A DNA stretch of 64,000 nt from Candidatus Bathyarchaeia archaeon (lineage in GTDB: Archaea > Thermoproteota > Bathyarchaeia > Bathyarchaeales > Bathycorpusculaceae): contig JBEKKK010000001.1 in NCBI GenBank assembly GCA_050010755.1, forward strand, positions 1,152,001 to 1,216,000. Direction: 5' to 3'. The position numbers and the translations under genes were made by a program. This document shows, in pieces, positions 38,700 through 48,702 of this stretch. The notes beneath the pieces are model-generated. The model searched no databases. It was not told where the DNA came from and worked only from the letters and a program-made list of their open reading frames with translations. How positions within the stretch are numbered: the first letter of the stretch is position 1; each line of letters starts with the position of its first letter.

Positions 38700-38763
38700 A
38701 TGTGAGGAAAAGAGTAGAGGGAGAAAGGAGATTGGAGAAAGGAGTTCTACCCTCTCCTCACAC
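38700..38763 (-). ncRNA. Candidate small RNA: long hairpin with a tandem CUCCUUUCUCC loop
   Basis: Minus-strand arms GUGUGAGGAGAGGGUAGA / UCUACUCUUUUCCUCACAU; G.U pairs form only on this strand; BRE/TATA-like caaaactatagaataa upstream. Confidence 0.5.
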
Positions 38764-38955
38764 TTAGGTATAGTATTGAAAGAAGATGCTCTTTATTCTA
38801 TAGTTTTGTACGATTGTTCTAAATTTTTGAACAGACTGGTCTCCATCGAAATCAGACCTCATTGAGTTCGGATGGGCTCTTCTGAGGTGGCGATTTTATA
38901 AGTAAAAAGGTCAGCATACTGCAATTCAGCAGCCTTGCTACTAGGGTGTGAAAGA

Positions 38956-39726
38956 ATGAATGTTGAAAAAGCCAAACGCAGTACCTCAAAGAAGGAACTG
39001 TTGTGGTTTGACGAGCTGAGCATGAAGGAAGCCGAAACCAAGGCAAAAACTGGAAGCGTCGTCATATTTCCAGTTGGAAGCGTCGAAGAACACGGAGACC
39101 ATCTGCCACTCTGTACGGACAGCTTGCAACCCGAGTACGTGGCTTTAGAAGTGGCCAAGAAGACAGGGTGTCTTGTTGCCCCTCCGTTACGGTACGGTGT
39201 CTGCAACTCTGCCCGCGGTTTTCCAGGCACTGTCTCAATATCGTTCGACGCGCTGCACAAGATGGCCCGCGACATCCTTGAAGAGTTCATAAGGAACCGT
39301 TTCAAAAGAATTCTGGTGTTGAGCGGGCATGCCGGTCAAGCTCACATGGCCGCGCTGAGACTTGCAGCTCAGGAAGTCGTTTGGCAACATGAAAAGGAAA
39401 ACCCTGAGAAAAGGCCGCGGATAATGGTCTGTTCAGACTATGACTTCGCCTACGAACTGAAAGGAAAATACTTCAGCGAGAAAGACGGCCACGCGGGGAC
39501 AATAGAAACCTCACGGGTAATGGCAATCAAACCTGAACTGATAAAAGCCAAGGGCGGGAAAAGCTTCCCAAAATTTCCAAGGTTCGAAATAGTTGCCGAC
39601 CCGGAACGCTACTTCCCAACAGGCGTTATAGGCGACCCGACGGCGGCTTCGGCGGAAAAGGGAAGAATGATAAACAAGTACATCGTCAGAGAAGTCGCGA
39701 AACTGGTAGAAGAACTGAAACGCTGA
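38956..39726 (+). CDS. Creatininase-family amidohydrolase
   Basis: PVGSVEEHGDHLPLCTD, SGHAG, HAGTIETS, GVIGDP. Confidence 0.92.
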   Translation: MNVEKAKRSTSKKELLWFDELSMKEAETKAKTGSVVIFPVGSVEEHGDHLPLCTDSLQPEYVALEVAKKTGCLVAPPLRYGVCNSARGFPGTVSISFDALHKMARDILEEFIRNRFKRILVLSGHAGQAHMAALRLAAQEVVWQHEKENPEKRPRIMVCSDYDFAYELKGKYFSEKDGHAGTIETSRVMAIKPELIKAKGGKSFPKFPRFEIVADPERYFPTGVIGDPTAASAEKGRMINKYIVREVAKLVEELKR

Positions 39727-39937
39727 ACCAGGGCGCCACAAGCGAAAGCAATCATGCGCTACGGCTGAAACTTTGACGGTGCCCTTTTCACAGCCTCTGT
39801 CTTACTCTTTTACCATGCTGTTCTAAACACAATGAAAACAGAAAACCTGCGAAACGTGCATAAACGAATAATCAAGGGCATGTTCTGCAATGATAATTCC
39901 TAAATAGGTTAACCTAGCAATGTCTGCGGGAGTCCTT

Positions 39938-40192
39938 ATGGATTACATAACTGTAGTTGGTTTGGTCGCTGCTGCACTTACAATAACTTCTTTTTTCCCT
40001 CAATTGATGAAAGTTTTTAAAACCAGGTCCACCAGAGACATTTCACTGGGAATGTTTTCAATTTTTTGTGTTGCCGTTTTCACGTGGTCTGCTTATGGCG
40101 TCTTGACTAATGACCTACCTGTCATAATTGCAAACGTTTTGGTCTTTCTTCAAGCCTTGGTGATCGTAGCATTTAAAGTCAAGTATAAATGA
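39938..40192 (+). CDS. SemiSWEET (PQ-loop) transporter
   Basis: FFPQ, TRDIS, WSAYG, PVIIAN. Confidence 0.92.
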   Translation: MDYITVVGLVAAALTITSFFPQLMKVFKTRSTRDISLGMFSIFCVAVFTWSAYGVLTNDLPVIIANVLVFLQALVIVAFKVKYK

Positions 40193-40283
40193 AAACAGGG
40201 ACTAAGACGCACGCTATCCTAAACCAAAAGATCAATTAGAAAAAACGTTTAAGAGAGATTAACGACCAGGTTCTGCGGGTTTC

Positions 40284-40691
40284 TCACACTTTCATTGTGT
40301 AAACTTTGATAGTAGCTTCGTTGTTTTTCAGGTTGTTTGTGCCTTCTAGCGAACACTTTGCTGAGTTTAGCCATGCGAGTTTCTTCGACTGTGTCATGCA
40401 CATTCCTTCTCCTTTAAAGATCCCCATCGTTGGGCTTTCCAATCTTCCAGTTCCTTTGGCTGTGATCATGATTGCATCGCCGTCTTGAGTCATCTCGATG
40501 GCGCGGGCTTCCCACTCGTTTGATCCGTCCTGTTTTTGCAAAACATCAACTGTCTCCATGTGGGATGCGGAGTATTTCCCTTTGGCATTTCCCATCGAAT
40601 TGTATTGCATCTTAGCTCCTTCGGCTGAGAATTCCTTTATGATCGTTGTAGTTGCTTTTTCCTTTATTTCAACCAAGAGTTCTTTTTCCAT
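40284..40691 (-). CDS. Hypothetical beta-barrel protein
   Basis: Clean ORF with alternating beta-strand pattern, TQDGD, LAWLN. Confidence 0.6.
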   Translation of the reverse strand: MEKELLVEIKEKATTTIIKEFSAEGAKMQYNSMGNAKGKYSASHMETVDVLQKQDGSNEWEARAIEMTQDGDAIMITAKGTGRLESPTMGIFKGEGMCMTQSKKLAWLNSAKCSLEGTNNLKNNEATIKVYTMKV

Positions 40692-40874
40692 TTTACCACC
40701 AGCTACTCAACAATCGCCGACCGAAACTTAAGCCTTTGTGACCATACTACTGCAGCAACAAACTTTAGGCGAGCGCGCCACGCATCTGGTCAACTGCTCG
40801 AAACAGGCGAATTCAATACCACAACTGCTAAAAGTCTCCATGAAGATGAAGAACTGCTCAAAGCTGGGCTGAAT

Positions 40875-41873
40875 ATGTCACAGAATCAAACTGAGCTAAC
40901 ATCGAGAGTGGGCGAAAGTGAACTTGAAGTCGCGGAGCGAGGAGAAGACTGGTTTAAAGTTCACCATCGTCAGACAGGAAACACTTGCATGATAATGGAT
41001 ACATTCGCCGAAATGTTTCCGATGTGGGCAGGGAGAGTTCTAATTACGGCGGACTCGGAAAAATGGGCTCTTACAGCGGCCGAGGTCGCCACTGGCCTCG
41101 CGACGAGCGTAATCATGTCTCCAGCCGAGGCGGGAATCGAAGGCTTCGTCCCAGTAGGCACTACTCCGGACGGTCGGGTTGGCGTTCTGATACAGATGTA
41201 TAATCGAAGCAGGTTCGACCTGAACGGACAGATGATACTGCGCATAGGGCAGTGCGTGATGACGTGTCCGACAACGTCGGCCTTTGACGCCATGCCGAAC
41301 GCCAAGAGAACCCTAAAGGTTGGAAGAAGCCTGTGCCTTTTCGGCGACGGATTCCAGAGAAAGGGTCTAGTGGGACCGCGAAAGGTGTGGAAGATCCCCG
41401 TCATGGAGGGCGACTTCATCGTCGAAGACCGGTTCGGCATCGCAGAAACCATCGCTGGCGGCAACTTCATAATCTTCGCTCAGGACAGAGCCTCGGGCCT
41501 CAAGGCCGCAGAGGAAGCTGTTAAAGCCATAAGGGCTGGCAAAAACGAGGTAATAATGCCTTTTCCAGGGGGAATTTGCCGTTCCGGCTCGAAAGCTGGC
41601 TCATTAAAGTACAAGCTGAAGGCCTCGACAAATCATCCTTTCTGCCCACGGTTGAGAGAACTCGTCCCAGATTCAGAGGTGCCGGAAGGCGTGAAATGCG
41701 TTTACGAAATTGTCATCAACGGCCTAAGCTTGGAGGCGGTCAAGAAAGCCATGGGCGACGGCGTGAGGACAGCGGCAGGCGTGCCCGGCATAGTCAAGAT
41801 TTCGGCCGGCAACTACGGCGGCAAGATAGGTCCCTACAAGGCCTTTCTGAAAGAGGCGCTAAGAACGACCTAG
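40875..41873 (+). CDS. ftr: Formylmethanofuran-tetrahydromethanopterin N-formyltransferase
   Basis: DTFAE, TPDGR, RIGQCVMTCPTT, FGDG, GGNF, SGSK, ASTN, EIVING, ISAGNYGG. Confidence 0.93.
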   Translation: MSQNQTELTSRVGESELEVAERGEDWFKVHHRQTGNTCMIMDTFAEMFPMWAGRVLITADSEKWALTAAEVATGLATSVIMSPAEAGIEGFVPVGTTPDGRVGVLIQMYNRSRFDLNGQMILRIGQCVMTCPTTSAFDAMPNAKRTLKVGRSLCLFGDGFQRKGLVGPRKVWKIPVMEGDFIVEDRFGIAETIAGGNFIIFAQDRASGLKAAEEAVKAIRAGKNEVIMPFPGGICRSGSKAGSLKYKLKASTNHPFCPRLRELVPDSEVPEGVKCVYEIVINGLSLEAVKKAMGDGVRTAAGVPGIVKISAGNYGGKIGPYKAFLKEALRTT

Positions 41874-41940
41874 GGGTTCGCCCCAAAATCTATTTGAATC
41901 CTCAACGTAGCTCTATCACTGAAACGTAATGTGAAGGCAC

Positions 41941-43206
41941 TTGAGCATATCAAAAAAGACCTCGCTGGAATTGTTCAGACTCAAAAAGACACTGAACACG
42001 CTGGCCAGCAAGGAGGGGCGCGGAACCGAGCTAGTCTCCCTTTACGTTCCCCCCGGAAAACAGATAAGCGATGTTCTGAACACGCTCAGGGACGAGTACG
42101 GCACAGCCTCCAACATAAAATCCACCACAACCAGAAAGAACGTGATGGACGCCATCGTGAAAGTTCAGCAGCGCCTCAAGCTCTTCAAGGAACCGCCTGA
42201 GAACGGGCTCGTAATTTTCTGCGGAGCCATCCCCCAGAACGGAGCAGGAAGCGAAAGAATTGAAACCTACGTCATCACGCCGCCCGAGCCCATACACATC
42301 TACCTCTACAGGTGCGATGCCAGATTTCACACCGAGTACTTGCAGGAAATGCTGAGAGAAAAAGAAACCTACGGCATCCTTCTCATAGACTCATCAGGCG
42401 CAACGATCGCCACGCTTCAGGGCAGAAGACTCGAAATAGTGAGAGAACTGACCTCTGGGGTTCCAGGCAAAACCCGCGCCGGCGGCCAATCAGCAAGAAG
42501 GTACGAAAGACTCAGGGAGATGAGGCTCCAAGAATACTTTACCCGCGTAGGCCAACACGCTAACGAGATTTTTCTGCCAATCGAAAACCTGAAGGGCATA
42601 ATCCTCGCTGGCCCCGGACCCACAAAGTATGATTTTGAAAAGGGCGAGTACCTCAACTACATGCTGAAGAACAAGATCATAGACACCGTCGACACAGCGT
42701 ACGTGGAAGAACAGGGCGTTAAAGAAGTGGTCGAGAAAGCGCCAGAAGTAATGCGCAAAGTCCGCTACATAGAAGAGAGAAGGATAATGCAGCAGTTCCT
42801 CTACGAAGTCGGGCACGACACTGGAAAAATCACCTACGGCGAAGAAGACGTCAGAAGGGCCCTAGAATCCGGAGCCGTCAGAACGCTGTTACTGTCGGAA
42901 GGACTAGATATGACCAGAGTCACGGTGAAATGCAACGCCTGCGGCTACCAAGAACAATCCACGATAAAAAGCCAGACGGTGACCAACTTTGAGCAAAGCC
43001 TCTCTGGAAAACCATGCCCAAAATGCAACGCAGCAGCCCTAGGCATCACTGACACCGAAGATTTGATAGACGACTTCGCCAAACTTGCAGAATACACCAA
43101 CACCGAAGTCGAGATTATTTCAACCGAGACAGAAGAAGGACAGATGCTCAAAAACTCTTTCGGCGGAATAGCCGCCATACTACGCTTCCAACTCCACGAA
43201 CAATAA
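41941..43206 (+). CDS. prf1: Peptide chain release factor aRF1
   Basis: GTELVSLY, ASNIKS, YRCDARF, GGQS, FGGIAAILRF. Confidence 0.97.
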   Translation: MSISKKTSLELFRLKKTLNTLASKEGRGTELVSLYVPPGKQISDVLNTLRDEYGTASNIKSTTTRKNVMDAIVKVQQRLKLFKEPPENGLVIFCGAIPQNGAGSERIETYVITPPEPIHIYLYRCDARFHTEYLQEMLREKETYGILLIDSSGATIATLQGRRLEIVRELTSGVPGKTRAGGQSARRYERLREMRLQEYFTRVGQHANEIFLPIENLKGIILAGPGPTKYDFEKGEYLNYMLKNKIIDTVDTAYVEEQGVKEVVEKAPEVMRKVRYIEERRIMQQFLYEVGHDTGKITYGEEDVRRALESGAVRTLLLSEGLDMTRVTVKCNACGYQEQSTIKSQTVTNFEQSLSGKPCPKCNAAALGITDTEDLIDDFAKLAEYTNTEVEIISTETEEGQMLKNSFGGIAAILRFQLHEQ

Positions 43207-43213
43207 AAAAAGA

Positions 43214-43504
43214 CTAGACGCCCCTCAACGCAGACTCAACCTCACTTTTCGAGGCGCCCCTCACGAGCAACCTCTTCTGCCTAGAAGAAAAACCAGAAAC
43301 AAGCTCCACCTTCCTGCCCAAAAGTCTCGAAAGCTCCTTCACCAGCTCCCTGTTGACCCTCCCACCAACAGGGTCTTCCCTGCAGTGAACCACAATCTCG
43401 TCAGCTTCAACCACTACCTTGAACTCTATCGACTTGGGCCTCACGTAAACATCCAAGATTAAATCATTCCCAGTTTCCTTGATATTCATGGAAACCCCAA
43501 CCAA
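43214..43504 (-). CDS. DUF167/YggU family protein
   Basis: VRPKS, PVGGRVNREL, SGFSSRQK. Confidence 0.85.
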   Translation of the reverse strand: MVGVSMNIKETGNDLILDVYVRPKSIEFKVVVEADEIVVHCREDPVGGRVNRELVKELSRLLGRKVELVSGFSSRQKRLLVRGASKSEVESALRGV

Positions 43505-43573
43505 CGCAAGTTCAGACGGGCGTGAGTATCAGCATTCTTCCTTGGATACATGCCGTGGCATTATGAGGCCTCG

Positions 43574-45289
43574 TTAGGATTTTAGCATCTTCTGGAATTC
43601 TTGAAGCTTTCTTGTGTTGACTACATGTTTTGCGGTTGCCCATCCTCTTCTGGCTTGGGCTATCCCGAGCTCTAAATAGTGCATGTGAACTGTGGCGTGG
43701 GCGTCCGAGCTTATGCCAAGCTTGGCTCCGATTTCCACGGATTTTCTTATATGCTCATCCTTTAAGTCAAGCCTGTCGGGGTATGAATCTACGTCTAGGA
43801 TCGTTCCATTGTCTTTTGCGGCGGAGATAATTCGTTCCATGTCCAGCTGGATTGGTTCTCTTTTTTGTATCTGTCTCGTGGTGGGGTGTAATAGAACGTC
43901 AACGTTCGGGTTTTCTATTGTTTTCAGAACTCTCTTTGTCATCTCCTGTTTGGGCATGTTGAAATGAGAGTGAACCGCCGCGCAGGCGACATCCAAGTCT
44001 TTCAAGACTCTGTCGGGTAAGTCTAAGCTCCCGTCCTTCAGAATGTTCAGTTCGACCCCTTTCAAAATCTGTATTCCTTCGAGTTGCTCGTTCAGCTCGT
44101 CAATTTCCTTTCCTTGTTTTGACAATCTCTCTTCGTCAAGTCCTCCAGTCATAGCCAAGTATTTGGAATGGTCAGTCATCACTAAGTATTCTAAGCCGAT
44201 TTTTCTGGCTTGCTCAGCCATCTCCTTAATGGAGTTTGCGCCGTCAGTCCAGTTTGAATGAACCTGCAAATCACCCTTCAGATCATCGTATCCTATGAGG
44301 TGGGGCAACTCATTTTTGATTGCAGCTTCTATCTCGCCGGTGTTTTCCCGCAGTTCTGGTGGCATCCATTCTAAACCCAATTTTTCATATACTTCTTCCT
44401 CGGTTGCTCCGGCCAATTGCTTTTTTTCACCGAAAATGCCATACTCGTTCAGTTTCCAACCTTTTTGTTGCGCCATTTTCCTGAGAACTATGTTGTGGTC
44501 CTTGTTTCCAGTGAAATATTGCAGAGCGGCCCCGAAACTCTCTTCGGGCAGTATTCGTATGTCAGCATTCATTCCTGACTTCAGCTTCACGGAGGACTTT
44601 GTCTTGCCTTTGTCTACAACGTTGATAACCTCGGGCATCGAAACAAAATAATCCATCACCTTCGTCCCACTGTCCGAAACCACTAGGAAGTCGGCGTCCC
44701 CTATCGTTTCCTTCATCCTTCTCACGGAACCCGCCGCCATTGCCTTCCTCACTTCCGGCAGAGATTTCAATCGGCGTTCAATTTCTCGAATCGAAGGAAG
44801 CTCAAGACCTAGGATGAATCTTCCCTGGCCCTTCTTGGCAAATTCTATACCCTTCAAAATGTTAAGCTCCGTCTTTTCTTTGAACTTCGGCAACTTCCTT
44901 ATTTTATGAGCGAGAGCGGCTATTTCGAGGTCTTCCATGTTTTTGATCTTGAGCTCCTTCCAAAGCATCTTGATCTTTTTCGGGCCTAATCCTTCTATCC
45001 CTGCTAGACTGTCTAGGTCCACTGGAACTTTGGCACTCAGGTCCTCATAGTATCTCAGTTTTCCAGTCTTAATCAATTCCTCAATTTTTTCAGCGATTCC
45101 TTTGCCGACGCTTGGAATCTCCTCCAAACCTTTGATTCCCCTTTCTCGATAGATCTCTTCAACATCTTTCTCCAAAGCGTCTATGGCTATGGCCGCTTTT
45201 TCATAAGCTCTTGGCTTAAACGGGACATCATCCATATCGAGCAGAATGGAGATGTTTCTCAAGATCTTGGCAATTTCGTAATTCCTCAT
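43574..45289 (-). CDS. polX: DNA polymerase X with PHP domain
   Basis: AGSVRR.KETIGDAD, YFTGNKDHN, LNEYG, PPELRE, HSNWTDG, SDAH. Confidence 0.95.
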   Translation of the reverse strand: MRNYEIAKILRNISILLDMDDVPFKPRAYEKAAIAIDALEKDVEEIYRERGIKGLEEIPSVGKGIAEKIEELIKTGKLRYYEDLSAKVPVDLDSLAGIEGLGPKKIKMLWKELKIKNMEDLEIAALAHKIRKLPKFKEKTELNILKGIEFAKKGQGRFILGLELPSIREIERRLKSLPEVRKAMAAGSVRRMKETIGDADFLVVSDSGTKVMDYFVSMPEVINVVDKGKTKSSVKLKSGMNADIRILPEESFGAALQYFTGNKDHNIVLRKMAQQKGWKLNEYGIFGEKKQLAGATEEEVYEKLGLEWMPPELRENTGEIEAAIKNELPHLIGYDDLKGDLQVHSNWTDGANSIKEMAEQARKIGLEYLVMTDHSKYLAMTGGLDEERLSKQGKEIDELNEQLEGIQILKGVELNILKDGSLDLPDRVLKDLDVACAAVHSHFNMPKQEMTKRVLKTIENPNVDVLLHPTTRQIQKREPIQLDMERIISAAKDNGTILDVDSYPDRLDLKDEHIRKSVEIGAKLGISSDAHATVHMHYLELGIAQARRGWATAKHVVNTRKLQEFQKMLKS

Positions 45290-45577
45290 CTTGTTGGCCT
45301 ATCCTCTTTTCTAGATCTTATTTGAATAGCTTAACGGAACAAGCGCAAACTCTGTCTTTTTCAACCTGCAATCTTGAGATTGCTCTTTCAGGTCAGTAAA
45401 TCCATCACTATGTTTGAAAAGGGAACCTCCATGTTTTAAATTTTCTGTGAGATGCTGCGCCCGAAATTTCACGACAAAACAATACTAGAAGATGATCAGA
45501 TAAAGCACATTCCAATTCAAAATGCGAACGGAAAAGGCTAAGCGGCAAACAGGTTCTACATGTTCTTGGCGTTAGCT

Positions 45578-46682
45578 ATGAAACACCCTTCAATGTACCT
45601 GGACTGGTATGCTCACGTGCCCAAGGTAAAATACGATTTCAAGTCGAGCGGCGTGGCCTACTTCAACCACGACTTGAGACTGAACAGCTTAGATTTCAGC
45701 GTTAACTACGAGTACGGGAACCCAAAAACTGCATTGCAACTCGCCAATTGGTACGGCGTCAAACCCGAGAACGTTTTCATCTCAAGCGAAGGAGCCTCAG
45801 GCCAGAACGCCCGCATCATCAGATGTCTAGCCGAAAAAGTACCAAAGAAAAACGAGGCGGTTGTGGAGTATCCCACCTACGAGCCCCTACTCAGACAGGT
45901 TCAAGAGCATTTCAGTCGCATGAAGAGGCTGGTGAGAAGGGAAGAAAACGCCTACAAACTCGACGCTGATGAGCTTTTGAAGCTTGTTTCCGACAAGACA
46001 GGTTTGCTCGTACTGACCAATCCTCACGCTCCGAGCGGAGCGATATCGGACGCGAAAGAGTTGAAGGAAGTAATGACCATCGCCCGGGAGCGCGGCTTCT
46101 ATGTATTGTGCGACGAGATATATGCGGAATTCGACCGAGAAAAGGTGCCGACCATCTTCTCTGTGGATCGAGTTGGGCATCGTCACGACGAGCTTCACGA
46201 AAGCCTACGGTCTCGGGGGACTGAAATTGGGAGTCGCACTGACCGACAAGAAGATTGTCGACGAATTGTACACGGACGTACTCAACACCGTGGGCAACAG
46301 CCCCAACATAGTACAAATTATCGGGGCAGAACTGCTGTCTAAGAACAAGGAGAAGCTCGAAGAGCACAAGCAAAAATGGACAACCCTTAAGAAACAAACG
46401 GAAACATGGCTGACTGAAAACGACCTAGATTTCTTCCCCAGCAAGGCCGGCGTCACCTACTGGATGAAAACACCAGTGAAAGACACTCACAAATGGACAA
46501 ACGAACACACAATCCCGCGCCACAGTTTGGCCGCAGTGCCTGGAACGTTCTTTCTGTTCAAAAACGACTACACCATAACAAGAACCAACAGGATAAGACT
46601 CGGCCTCGGCCACGTGAACCCTGATGAACAAACCTTAGCAGAAGCTCTGGGCACCTTGAAAATAGCGATGAAAGCAAATTAA
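45578..46682 (+). pseudogene. Class I/II PLP aminotransferase split by a frameshift near 46169
   Basis: TNPHAPSG...DEIY in one frame; PLP-lysine motif SFTKAYGLGGLKLG in another. Junction GTGGATCGAGTTG. Confidence 0.75.
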
Positions 46683-46904
46683 CCACGGCTACCGTCAGGC
46701 AGGTTTGACCCGCATGGGTGATATCGAAACCGTGAATCTTCTCTCAGTTGGCGAATTGCAAGTTCAACCTACGATTCTTGATGTACTTTCCACGTACTTT
46801 TTCATGTTATTTACAGCTTGAAGAGATGCAATTAGACTTTTTTAACAGGTTCGCAATGGAAAATGTTTTATGCTCATCCATGCAAATGATGAACCGGGAT
46901 CATT

Positions 46905-47069
46905 ATGGCTAAATGTCCTTCATGTGGAAAAGAAGTCGCCACACCTAAGAAGACTTGGAAGATGGCAGGCAAACCAGACAAGAGCGGCAAGAGAACAGAA
47001 CTGACAATCGGCCTCTTTGAGCACTGCGGAAAAACATTCAGATCCACCCTAGGCAAAAGAAAAATCTAG
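46905..47069 (+). CDS. Cren7-like small basic chromatin protein (54 aa)
   Basis: MAKCPSCGKEVATPKKTWKMAGKPDKSGKRTELTIGLFEHCGKTFRSTLGKRKI; below the ORF-track cutoff; T-tract follows. Confidence 0.75.
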   Translation: MAKCPSCGKEVATPKKTWKMAGKPDKSGKRTELTIGLFEHCGKTFRSTLGKRKI

Positions 47070-47096
47070 ACTAACAAAAAATCGCTCTACCCCCAC

Positions 47097-47109
47097 TCTT
47101 TTTTTGTTT
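47097..47109 (+). terminator. Oligo-T terminator
   Basis: T-run about 30 nt after the Cren7-like stop. Confidence 0.5.
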
Positions 47110-47279
47110 CAACTGTAGATGAGTGTATTCCAGAATCGACTATCCAGAACGCGCAACGCAGTCTTTCACCATTTCAGAGCACGCGATTGCTCCGTTCCAA
47201 CCGCATACAAAGAGAACGCGCCTGATACAAGTGCAAGAATTATAAGACTGCCGCTCGACTGTTTTGCATTGATGATGCG

Positions 47280-47948
47280 TTGTTGATAGTCGGCTTGGAT
47301 TTGGCAGGCGTCGAGACCAGGCCCTCGGGTCTCTGCATATTGAGGAACATGAGAGCTGAGACTTCCCTCGTCTACTCGGATTACGAGGTGCTGAAGAAGA
47401 TAGAAGAAAGTGAGCCCGAGATAGTTGCCATCGATGCGCCCCTGAGTCTACCAGCTGGGCGAGAGTCAATAGAACAGAGAACCAACGTTCATCTGAGAGA
47501 GTGCGACAAGGAACTCTTGCGGAGAGGGATAAAATTCTTTCCAGTCACCCTCGGTCCGATGAGAAAACTGACGATCAGGGGCATAGATCTGAGAAGAACC
47601 CTCGAGAACAAACGTTTCAGAGTAATAGAGGTCTATCCTGGCGGGGCCCAAGACATCCTTGGAATTCCAAGAAAGCAGAAAGGACTGGACAAGCTGATGT
47701 CGGGCTTGAAGATGGCCGGAGTGAGAGGACTGAACGACCGAATGAGCGATCACGAATTAGATGCTGCAACCTGCGCCCTAGTCGGAAAACTCTATCTAGA
47801 AGGAAAAAGTGTCACGTATGGAACTTCCGATCAGGCGATAATTATGCCACAGGGCGAAAAACCAACTGGCAACACGGCAACAATTTTTTTCTACTCGTGG
47901 ATATGCGAATCAAGGCTCTTGACTCTTTTTCCTTTTTTTCTTTGGTAA
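47280..47948 (+). CDS. DUF429 (RNase H-like fold) predicted nuclease
   Basis: GLDLAG, VAIDAPLS, RECD, IEVYP, HELDA. Confidence 0.85.
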   Translation: MLIVGLDLAGVETRPSGLCILRNMRAETSLVYSDYEVLKKIEESEPEIVAIDAPLSLPAGRESIEQRTNVHLRECDKELLRRGIKFFPVTLGPMRKLTIRGIDLRRTLENKRFRVIEVYPGGAQDILGIPRKQKGLDKLMSGLKMAGVRGLNDRMSDHELDAATCALVGKLYLEGKSVTYGTSDQAIIMPQGEKPTGNTATIFFYSWICESRLLTLFPFFLW

Positions 47949-48288
47949 CGTTTTCGTATTTTTTCTGCAACCGTGCCGTCTTCTATTATTAGGGCACCTT
48001 CATATCCGCAGTCAAGGCACTTCCACATGGAAGGATGGAAAAAGGCGAGAAAATTGAGGTTTGTTGAACCGCATTTTGGACAAAACTTCAATCTTCCCAA
48101 AAGTTGCTCTTGTTCTTTGGACCTGGCTAATGACTTCTTGAGGGCCCACTTCTCTTTCAATATATCGCCAAACGCCGTGAAATTGAATCCTTTCGCTTCC
48201 TCTCCGCACAATGGACAATGCTGTCCAGGCTCTAGTCTCTTGTCAAATGTGCATTTAGGATTCGAACAAGTCCATGAAGGCATTAGTA
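47891..48288 (-). CDS. Multi Zn-ribbon protein
   Basis: CSNPKC, CPLC, CPKC, CLDC; likely start at MPSW. Confidence 0.65.
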
Positions 48289-48398
48289 TGCCCCATTGAA
48301 AAGAGCAAACACGAGAGATAAGCCTTTTTGCAAAATAAAATTGCTTAACGCGTGTTTTCGTTTGGTAAGTCGTTTGAAAATTTGGGATAATTCTTAAA

Positions 48399-48425
48399 TA
48401 CATTTTCATATTTGTGGGAAATGTA
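48399..48425 (+). promoter_or_regulatory. Imperfect inverted repeat just after a TATA box; candidate AbrB-family operator
   Basis: tacattt...aaatgta immediately downstream of cttaaata. Confidence 0.45.
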
Positions 48426-48441
48426 GGAAAAGTGTGTAGAC

Positions 48442-48669
48442 ATGGTTGATAGAAAACGAGAGACACGCCTTTATGGAACCGTAAAAGTGGGCGATAGAGG
48501 GCAAGTAGTTATCCCTGCTGAAGCCCGCAAGGAACTAGACATCAAACCCGGAGACCTTTTGTTTGTCATGGTTGGCAGGAACCGCCGCGGCATCGCTATG
48601 GTCAAGGCCGACGCCATGAGAGAATTCGCGGAAAAAATCATGCGGGAACTCGAAGCCGCAGATGAATAA
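48442..48669 (+). CDS. AbrB/MazE/SpoVT-family DNA-binding protein
   Basis: KVGDRGQVVIPAEARKELDIKPGD. Confidence 0.92.
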   Translation: MVDRKRETRLYGTVKVGDRGQVVIPAEARKELDIKPGDLLFVMVGRNRRGIAMVKADAMREFAEKIMRELEAADE

Positions 48670-48702
48670 TACCGCGAAGCATAACGCCCGTGGGGAAGTT
48701 AG

